DNA from: a virus
Lineage: Duplodnaviria; Caudoviricetes
Virus record (IMG/VR): IMGVR_UViG_3300012352_000383
Coordinates: 1 to 24,325 of that record
DNA length: 24,325 nt
Direction: 5' to 3' (one strand)
Below are positions 16,795-23,362 of this stretch, piece after piece (position 1 is the stretch's first letter; every line of letters starts with the position of its first letter). The notes beneath the pieces are model-generated. The model worked only from the letters and a program-made list of their open reading frames with translations. It searched no databases and was not told where the DNA came from. The position numbers and the translations under genes are program-made.

Positions 16795-16893
16795 AAAATA
16801 GAATTATATACAATTAATAATTTCCCTTAGATGCTTTTTCGCCATATGGGACTAAGTAATATACCCGAATCGGGTTTTCTTAAGGAGATTATT

Positions 16894-16965
16894 ATGTGGA
16901 CTAAACCAACTGCTACTGAAATGCGTTTTGGCTTTGAAGTTACAATGTATGTAATGAACAAATAG
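16894..16965 (+). CDS. pqqA: Pyrroloquinoline quinone precursor peptide PqqA (23 aa), not in ORF track
   Basis: TAAGGAG SD at 16881-87. Translation is MWTKPTATEMRFGFEVTMYVMNK*, with the MWxKP start and RFGFEVTMY including the Glu15-x3-Tyr19 pair. Confidence 0.95.
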   Translation: MWTKPTATEMRFGFEVTMYVMNK

Positions 16966-17160
16966 CATCCCTCGGGATGGGAACCGTGATGGTGGTGATA
17001 ACGGTATATAAAACCACCAACTAATTTAAGAATTCACCTTAGGACCGCTAAGTACGAATCGCATAAAGCTGGTAGTGCGTTAAGCTACCGCTGGAACCAG
17101 TAACCAGCATTTTAAATATGGCTCCCTTTGTTCGCTTCGGGTTCACTTGGGAGTTTTTCG
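16966..17160 (+). ncRNA. Candidate structured RNA between pqqA and hsp20
   Basis: Successive stems: catcc/ggatg; accgt/acggt with pseudoknot tggtggt/accacca; cttag/ctaag; ggtag/ctacc; gctgg/ccagc; ctccc/gggag. Confidence 0.55.
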
Positions 17161-17179
17161 CTTAATAAAGGAGAAACAC

Positions 17180-17692
17180 ATGACAAGCAAACAATTCATC
17201 CCTTCATTTTTTAGTCAAGATGTATTCAAGGACTTTGACAAGTTCTTCGTTGGTTTCGATGATCAATTCACAAAGATGCAGAAACTACACGATGACATCA
17301 CTAAAAACATCCCTAACTATCCTCCATACAATATCCGTAAGATTGATGACACTCACTATGTTATCGAGATGGCAGTTGCTGGCTTTGGTCAGAACGAAAT
17401 TGACATCGAGATCGATGGTGGTAAGTTAGTCGTTAAGGGTAATGTTCAGTCTACTGAGCAAGAGGAAGACTTCTTGTTTAAGGGTATTGCTGCACGTGCT
17501 TTCACTCGTACTTTCGCACTTAACGACCAAGTGGAAGTTAAAGATGCTGAGATTTTCAATGGTATGTTAAAGATCGCTCTTGAGCGTCTTATCCCAGAAG
17601 AAAAGAAAGCAAAGAAAGTTCCTGTGAAGTCAGGTAAAGGAAAGCAATTACTTCAGGAGAATGAATATGACAAAGCTGCTGAAAGGTTGTAA
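17180..17692 (+). CDS. hsp20: Small heat shock protein Hsp20 (IbpA-like)
   Basis: NYPPYNI, IEMAVAGF, GIAARAFTRTFAL and NGMLKIALERLIPEEKK motifs. Start at ATG 17180 after AAGGAG. Confidence 0.95.
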   Translation: MTSKQFIPSFFSQDVFKDFDKFFVGFDDQFTKMQKLHDDITKNIPNYPPYNIRKIDDTHYVIEMAVAGFGQNEIDIEIDGGKLVVKGNVQSTEQEEDFLFKGIAARAFTRTFALNDQVEVKDAEIFNGMLKIALERLIPEEKKAKKVPVKSGKGKQLLQENEYDKAAERL

Positions 17693-17762
17693 AGACTTTT
17701 TCCTTGCACTTCTGGAAGGAATCCATGAAATGAAAGCTCACCGTAGAGGAGAGCGCAAATGA
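17667..17762 (+). CDS. Micro-protein (31 aa), not in ORF track
   Basis: AGGAG SD 7 nt upstream; MTKLLKGCKDFFLALLEGIHEMKAHRRGERK*. Confidence 0.6.
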   Translation: MTKLLKGCKDFFLALLEGIHEMKAHRRGERK

Positions 17763-17839
17763 ATAACTGGGTTCCAATGACAGATGAAGATTGGGATTGG
17801 GTAAACGGTAAAGTACCACCAACACCAAAAGGCAAGTAA
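17759..17839 (+). CDS. Micro-protein (26 aa), not in ORF track
   Basis: GAGGAG SD 7 nt upstream and ATGA overlap; MNNWVPMTDEDWDWVNGKVPPTPKGK*. Confidence 0.6.
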   Translation: MNNWVPMTDEDWDWVNGKVPPTPKGK

Positions 17840-17848
17840 TCATACAAC

Positions 17849-17866
17849 GGGGATCTTCGGATCCCC
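17849..17866 (+). terminator. GC-rich UUCG hairpin (terminator-like, no U tract)
   Basis: ggggatc-ttcg-gatcccc, the same stem as the gp23 terminator. Confidence 0.55.
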
Positions 17867-17877
17867 TAAATATTTGT

Positions 17878-18084
17878 ATGATGAGAGCAAAAGTATCACC
17901 TAATCTAATATCCTTCGTCACAGTAAGACGAGGAGATTGGGTCATGAAAATTTCTGTGTTTAAAACTAAACATGTTTTGTTAGTTGCTCAAAACTATTAT
18001 GCCACTGAACAAATAATTGTTAAACACTTTGACCATCATGATGAAGCAGCAAAATTTATAGACCAATTAGCAATTGAGGAATAA
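17878..18084 (+). CDS. Hypothetical protein
   Basis: 68-aa ORF preceded by the late-promoter-like CTAAATA. Confidence 0.7.
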   Translation: MMRAKVSPNLISFVTVRRGDWVMKISVFKTKHVLLVAQNYYATEQIIVKHFDHHDEAAKFIDQLAIEE

Positions 18085-18085
18085 T

Positions 18086-18391
18086 ATGAATAAAGTAAAA
18101 GTGTTTAAAATGATCAATGGCGAAGAGATTATCTCTGAAGTATTTAATGTATTTGCTGATCACTTTGAATTAAAGAATCCAGCAACTATTATGTTACAAC
18201 CAACGCAAAGTGGGCAGATGGGTGTTGGTATCGCACCATACATGCCATACGTTGAGGGTAATGTAAACCTTTACAAGAATGCAATTGCATCAGAGGGAGA
18301 ACCAGACCAGAAAATGGTTAATGAATATAACCGAATCTTCGGCTCTGGAATTGAAGTAGTATCCGCAGGTGTGCTTGCGGGACTAAAATAA
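18086..18391 (+). CDS. Conserved T4-like hypothetical protein (possible Sm-like fold)
   Basis: VKVFKMINGEEIISE...EYNRIFGSGI. Start at ATG 18086 after GAGG. Confidence 0.8.
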   Translation: MNKVKVFKMINGEEIISEVFNVFADHFELKNPATIMLQPTQSGQMGVGIAPYMPYVEGNVNLYKNAIASEGEPDQKMVNEYNRIFGSGIEVVSAGVLAGLK

Positions 18392-18410
18392 CCCTGCAAA
18401 CCCCCTCTAG

Positions 18411-18433
18411 ACCAGCCTTCGGGCTGGTTTTTT
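18411..18433 (+). terminator. Rho-independent terminator
   Basis: accagcc-ttcg-ggctggt followed by a T run. Confidence 0.9.
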
Positions 18434-18448
18434 CATGGAAGAAAGTGC

Positions 18449-18477
18449 TTGACTTTTATTGTAAAATCACGTATAAT
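18449..18477 (+). promoter_or_regulatory. Early sigma70-like promoter
   Basis: aagtgc-TTGACT-N17-TATAAT. Confidence 0.88.
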
Positions 18478-18508
18478 ATTCTTATACAGTAAAGAAAGGT
18501 GATTGATT

Positions 18509-18835
18509 ATGATGATTGTGATTGCTACTCAAGACTATGAGAACTATGCTGCCCACCAAGGTTTTGATGGGACTTTCTATTGGAAAGCCAAGGGTGGTTC
18601 AGAATACAAAATCACCAACGTTCCGTCAAACGTTGATCACCAAGTTGTTGTTGATATGGTTCGTGACCAGATTGAATGTAACAACGAATATTTCCAAACT
18701 AGCATTATCGGTTACAACGTTGAGGGTGACGATTATCTTAGCTGGTTTGAAAAAAGCCAACTAGATTACGAGGGTGAAATTACTCATCGTGAGCCAGAAA
18801 TTGATTACTCAGATTTGAATGCGGAGTTCGCATGA
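18509..18835 (+). CDS. Hypothetical acidic early protein
   Basis: AAGGTG SD; TQDYENYAAH...YWKAKGGSEY. Confidence 0.8.
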   Translation: MMIVIATQDYENYAAHQGFDGTFYWKAKGGSEYKITNVPSNVDHQVVVDMVRDQIECNNEYFQTSIIGYNVEGDDYLSWFEKSQLDYEGEITHREPEIDYSDLNAEFA

Positions 18836-19041
18836 TTCTAGCAAGAGAAACTACTGTTTGGAAAGAGGTAGCCAAACAACCAAATCATACCTATTTGATG
18901 TCAGATAGTAAAAGTAAGATTTATGGTTACTTCAAATTTAATAATCCAAAAGATTTTATGATGTTTAAGAAACCGATCCGTATTGATACACGTTATCGTA
19001 AGTTTGAAGTGATGCAAAAGAATATTAAGGATATAGAATGA
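18832..19041 (+). CDS. Hypothetical basic protein
   Basis: 69-aa ORF with ATGA overlaps at both ends. Confidence 0.75.
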   Translation: MILARETTVWKEVAKQPNHTYLMSDSKSKIYGYFKFNNPKDFMMFKKPIRIDTRYRKFEVMQKNIKDIE

Positions 19042-20357
19042 ATTTGAATAAGTTTTTTGAGAGTCTTGCTGCGAACAGTTCTCGTAATTTTAAAATTGAA
19101 CAGCTTGAAGCAAACCGTGATAACGAACTTCTTCGTGAAGTTGTCCGTCTAGCACTCGATCCATTCACTCAATTCTATATTCGTAAAATTCCAGAATACG
19201 AATTTGTTGGTGAAGATTCTGAACATCAAACCAGCCTACCAATGGCACTGCAGAATCTTTATTATTTGTCTCACCGTGAAGTAACTGGCAACGCAGCCAT
19301 TGCTCACTTACGTGCTATCTTGTCTGGTCTTCAACCAGATGACGCTAAAGTAATTGAACGTATTATTGAAAAGGATTTAAAATGTGGGGTAGCAGTATCT
19401 ACGGCAAACGCAGTATGGACTGGCTTGCTGAAAGAATATCCAGTAATGTTGTGCAGCCAGTTCGAGCAGAAACTCGTGGACAAGGTAAAGTTCCCAGCAC
19501 TGGTTCAAACCAAAATGGATGGCATGCGGTTCAACGCAATCGTTCGGGATGGCAAGGTGGAGTATCGCTCTCGCAATGGCAAAGAAATTCAACTGCTAGG
19601 AAACCTTGACGCTGACTTTGTAAAGTTGGCAGGTGATGTTGATTGTGTGTTCGATGGCGAGTTGCTCGTTAAGCAAGATGGTAAGATTCTCGATCGTCAA
19701 ACTGGTAATGGTATTTTGAATAAAGCAAACAAGGGTACAATCTCTCAAGCTGAAGCTGAAAAGGTTTGTGCAACTGTTTGGGATGTAATTCCGTATTTGT
19801 ATTTTGTAGATGGTGAATGCCCTGTTAACTATGGCAAGCGTTGGGCTTCTCTCTGCACTCTGGTTGACAAACATCAACCAGCTAAGGTGGGTCTAGTTGA
19901 TTCATGGGAAGTTGAGACATACGAAGAAGCCAAGACCTTGTTTGAAGGATTGCTTGCCGATGGTCAAGAAGGTATTATTCTGAAAGATAAGAATGGTATC
20001 TGGGAGGACAAACGTGCGAAACATCAAATCAAATTCAAAGGTGAGTTGGAGTGTGACCTCGAAATTATCGCAGTGGAAGAGGGCACTGGTAAATACGCTG
20101 GAAAACTCGGTGCTGTGGTATGCCGTTCAAGACCCGAAGACGGGAAGTTTCTTACCGTCAATGTTGGTAGTGGTTTTAATGACGCTCATAGAGATAGCCT
20201 TTGGAATACTCGTGATAGTCTTATTGGTAAAATTGTTGCAGTAAAGTATAACATGCGCAGTAAAAATAAAGCTGGTGAAGAAAGTTTATTCCTTCCTATC
20301 TTTATTGAAGTTCGTGATGATAAAGATGTGGCTGATTCTATTGGAGATATTAAATAA
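19038..20357 (+). CDS. gp30: ATP-dependent DNA ligase (T4 gp30-like)
   Basis: KMDGMR adenylation motif, FDGEL, EGIILK, NVGSGF and SLFLPIFIEVRDDK. Confidence 0.96.
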   Translation: MNLNKFFESLAANSSRNFKIEQLEANRDNELLREVVRLALDPFTQFYIRKIPEYEFVGEDSEHQTSLPMALQNLYYLSHREVTGNAAIAHLRAILSGLQPDDAKVIERIIEKDLKCGVAVSTANAVWTGLLKEYPVMLCSQFEQKLVDKVKFPALVQTKMDGMRFNAIVRDGKVEYRSRNGKEIQLLGNLDADFVKLAGDVDCVFDGELLVKQDGKILDRQTGNGILNKANKGTISQAEAEKVCATVWDVIPYLYFVDGECPVNYGKRWASLCTLVDKHQPAKVGLVDSWEVETYEEAKTLFEGLLADGQEGIILKDKNGIWEDKRAKHQIKFKGELECDLEIIAVEEGTGKYAGKLGAVVCRSRPEDGKFLTVNVGSGFNDAHRDSLWNTRDSLIGKIVAVKYNMRSKNKAGEESLFLPIFIEVRDDKDVADSIGDIK

Positions 20358-20575
20358 TGGTTCTCGATACAATTATAAAACCTAAAAGGTTTTTCGATGT
20401 CAAAAATAAAAAAGACATCGACATGTATAAAAACTTTTTACAAACTCATTCTTGGGGACATTCAGGTTGTCCGTTTACTTTAGAGTATCCATACCTGTCA
20501 GTTCCTGATATGATCAAAGATAAACTAATTCATAAATTTTTAAAAGTTGAAAGAGTAGAATGGCTAAAGTCGTAA
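20357..20575 (+). CDS. Hypothetical protein
   Basis: 72-aa ORF coupled to the ligase stop. Confidence 0.75.
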   Translation: MVLDTIIKPKRFFDVKNKKDIDMYKNFLQTHSWGHSGCPFTLEYPYLSVPDMIKDKLIHKFLKVERVEWLKS

Positions 20576-20916
20576 TTAATCGTTGTCATGGTGGGTTTGG
20601 ATTATCTCATGAGGCTGTTGTTCGATACCATGAGTTGAAAGGTAACACTCTTATTGTTGTCACTAATGCCGATAAATTTCGTGGAGAACACGACTATTAT
20701 ATCGGTGAACAAACTGAATCTATGTTTTGGTATGATGGTATGATTGGCGACCGCAACGACCCTGCTCTTGTTCAAGTTGTTGAAGAACTTGGTTCACAAG
20801 CAAATAGTTGGGCAGCAGAACTTGCTATTATAGAAATCCCAGATGATGTTAAATGGCATATTGAAGAGTATGACGGTTTAGAATGGGTGGCTGAAGACCA
20901 CCGCACGTGGAGTTAA
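20560..20916 (+). CDS. Conserved phage hypothetical protein
   Basis: KVVINRCHGGFGLS...RNDPALVQVVEELG...EYDGLEWV. Confidence 0.8.
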   Translation: MAKVVINRCHGGFGLSHEAVVRYHELKGNTLIVVTNADKFRGEHDYYIGEQTESMFWYDGMIGDRNDPALVQVVEELGSQANSWAAELAIIEIPDDVKWHIEEYDGLEWVAEDHRTWS

Positions 20917-20917
20917 A

Positions 20918-21433
20918 ATGAAAAAAGAAGTCGAAGATATAATCAGAGTTTTTGCTAAAAGAATATATGACCTTCAATTTGTCGATGTTCCAGAAGGAAC
21001 TAGGAATTCGGCAGTTGATAGAGATTGTAGGATTATATCAGATTTCATTGGTTGTGAAAAAGTAAAGGTTACTCATAGCACATACTTTGTTTTAAAAAAC
21101 TGTAAGCGTTGGAGTAAGAAAGCAGTCAAGTTATATAATACATTAGAGGGGACACATTCCACTCGTTGCTCTTCAGCTAAGAGTGGTGCTTTGTTTACAA
21201 TTGAACACGAGTATCCTCTTGGTATTGTAAAGAAGATGGTGCAAGATAAAAAGTTTAAAAGTGTTGACAGTGTTATAAAGTATATGATGAAATATGCTGT
21301 ACCTGTTATTGTTACGTTAGAAGAAGATGCTAAATTGCGAACTTCTTGCCGTACAGCATCTTCTTTAGCTGAAGCAAAAGATCGCTACAAAAGAGTTGGT
21401 ATTCAAGTGCAAAGTTTTACTGATTGGAAATGA
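20918..21433 (+). CDS. Hypothetical basic protein (EHxxP motif)
   Basis: 171-aa ORF in the operon. Confidence 0.7.
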   Translation: MKKEVEDIIRVFAKRIYDLQFVDVPEGTRNSAVDRDCRIISDFIGCEKVKVTHSTYFVLKNCKRWSKKAVKLYNTLEGTHSTRCSSAKSGALFTIEHEYPLGIVKKMVQDKKFKSVDSVIKYMMKYAVPVIVTLEEDAKLRTSCRTASSLAEAKDRYKRVGIQVQSFTDWK

Positions 21434-22008
21434 ATATGAATGAACTTGAGGCTCATGATAACTTTCACGCCAAAATGGCTGAGAAGTTCCCTCGTTACTT
21501 TGGTGAAGGTAAACGCTATGGTGGCTTCGCTATTGGTGAAGGATGGTATCCTGTTATTGACGCATTGGTTGGTCAGATTGATCACTATACTAAGTGGCGT
21601 CGCAATATGCGTGCTTATGATTTGCGTAAACAACGAGCAAAACATAAAGGTATTGAAACACTAACTCAATTTATGACTGGTAAGAAGCATGAACCAACTC
21701 CATGGGATATTGAACGAGCCGAACAAGCCATGGAAGAAAATCTACGCATTACTCCAAAGGTAGAGTGGATTGTTATTGAACAAATAAAAGAGAAGTTTGG
21801 TGGTCTGCGTTTCTATTATCAAGGTGGCGATGACCATATTGATGGTATGGTAAGAATGGCTGAAGTTTGGGCAGGGCAAACTTGTGAAACTTGCGGTGAC
21901 AAAGGTGAACGAAGAAGTGGTGGTTGGATTCGCACACTCTGTGACAAACACGAAGCTGAGTATCAAGCTAAGTGGGCAAAGAGGAAAAGTGAGGATGATG
22001 ATGCGTGA
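21430..22008 (+). CDS. Conserved phage protein with putative C-terminal zinc-binding motif
   Basis: QIKEKFGGLRFY, CETCG and WIRTLCDKH motifs. Confidence 0.8.
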   Translation: MNMNELEAHDNFHAKMAEKFPRYFGEGKRYGGFAIGEGWYPVIDALVGQIDHYTKWRRNMRAYDLRKQRAKHKGIETLTQFMTGKKHEPTPWDIERAEQAMEENLRITPKVEWIVIEQIKEKFGGLRFYYQGGDDHIDGMVRMAEVWAGQTCETCGDKGERRSGGWIRTLCDKHEAEYQAKWAKRKSEDDDA

Positions 22009-22339
22009 ATATACACCTGACAAATGGGTTATGTTAAAGTTCGTTAGTGAAAAAGATACAACTGTTTATAAAGTTTTGGCTGGTTGGTACGGAAGTTATA
22101 CAACTGGTGACAGCTGGAAATTAAACAGTGGTGTTACCAAAATTGAAGAAGATGGTGACTGGTATTTGTTTCATGGATATAGTGGTAGTGTTTATCGTTG
22201 CCATAAAAAATCTTACGGTTTATCCGTTTACACTGCTAGTATTTTAGAATCGTTCTACAAAGATTTAGAAGGTCAACCTGTTAAACTTGAATGTATGAAT
22301 GAAGATAAAACAAATTTTATGGAGTTAAATTATGTCTAA
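22001..22339 (+). CDS. Conserved phage hypothetical protein
   Basis: YTPDKWV...YKVLAGWYGSY...SWKLNSG...SGSVYRC. The start is likely ATG 22001 after GAGG. Confidence 0.8.
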   Translation: MREYTPDKWVMLKFVSEKDTTVYKVLAGWYGSYTTGDSWKLNSGVTKIEEDGDWYLFHGYSGSVYRCHKKSYGLSVYTASILESFYKDLEGQPVKLECMNEDKTNFMELNYV

Positions 22340-22790
22340 AACTTGGACGCTTGAAGTTGAACAGGCACCTGATGGCGAATACTTTATCCAATTGAACGAC
22401 GAGATTCTAGAGGAATCTGGGTTTGCTATTGGTGATGAAATTGAGTGGGTTGATCAAGGTGATGGTTCATGGATGTTAAAGAAAGTTAAACCTGAAACTG
22501 AATGGGTTATGGTTGAAACTGTTTCTCAATTCCGTATGCGATATATGGTTGAAGTACCAAAGGGTAAAAAAGAATGGGCTCTTGATACAGTAACATGCCA
22601 AGAAGCTAAAGAGTTTTCTCAAGAACATATCGGTGAAAGTATTGTTAGTCATCGAGTTGTTTCTGAAGAAGAAGGAATTAAAATTTGCGACGAAGATAAT
22701 AATTATTGTGCAGTTTGGAATGAGGCTCAAAAGAAAAATGCTTTCTTTACAACTTGGCAAGAACAGCTTGATAAAACTTCAAAGGACTAA
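22332..22790 (+). CDS. AbrB/MazE-like N-terminal domain fused to an unknown domain
   Basis: GEYFIQLNDEILEESGFAIGDEIEWVDQGDGSWMLKK pattern. Confidence 0.6.
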   Translation: MSKTWTLEVEQAPDGEYFIQLNDEILEESGFAIGDEIEWVDQGDGSWMLKKVKPETEWVMVETVSQFRMRYMVEVPKGKKEWALDTVTCQEAKEFSQEHIGESIVSHRVVSEEEGIKICDEDNNYCAVWNEAQKKNAFFTTWQEQLDKTSKD

Positions 22791-22792
22791 TT

Positions 22793-23362
22793 ATGTTTAT
22801 GTTTGATGTAGAAACTCTGGGTGTTGATTCTAATTCAGTCGTTTTGTCGGCTGGGTTGATTCACTTTGACCCAGAGAAACGACCAAGTTACCAAGACTTA
22901 TTGGATAATGCTTGCTTTGTTAAATTCAAAGCTAAAGAGCAGATTGAAATGAAGCGACAAGTTGACCTTGGTACTTTAGAGTGGTGGAAAAACCAACACG
23001 AGTATATTCGTGGTTGTGCTATGGAACCCAGTTCAGAAGACGTAACAATCTCTGAGGGTTTTGCAATTATGCATAACTATATGAATAAGTTTCCAAATGC
23101 ACAGAAACAAACTATGTGGGCACGAGGTTCTCTCGACCAGATGGTTATTGATAACCTAGCAAGAAAAGTTGACTCCCAACCATTAACAGGGTATAATATG
23201 TGGAGAGACGTAAGAACAGCGATTGATATTCTGTACGGTACAATTAATGGGTATGTTGAAATTGACTATCCTAATTTTGAACGTGCAGCAGTTATTAAAC
23301 ATCATCCTGTTCATGATTGCGCTCTAGATATTATGCAATTAATGTATGGAAAGTCATCTTAA
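22793..23362 (+). CDS. dexA: DEDDh 3'-5' exonuclease (T4 DexA-like)
   Basis: FDVETLG, TLEWW, WARG, RDVRT and HHPVHDCALD motifs. Confidence 0.82.
   Translation: MFMFDVETLGVDSNSVVLSAGLIHFDPEKRPSYQDLLDNACFVKFKAKEQIEMKRQVDLGTLEWWKNQHEYIRGCAMEPSSEDVTISEGFAIMHNYMNKFPNAQKQTMWARGSLDQMVIDNLARKVDSQPLTGYNMWRDVRTAIDILYGTINGYVEIDYPNFERAAVIKHHPVHDCALDIMQLMYGKSS

Noticed and set aside
16966-17160. tRNA or CRISPR-like array in the structured intergenic region
   Set aside because: No cloverleaf with a T-loop and acceptor stem could be drawn, and there are no regularly spaced direct repeats.
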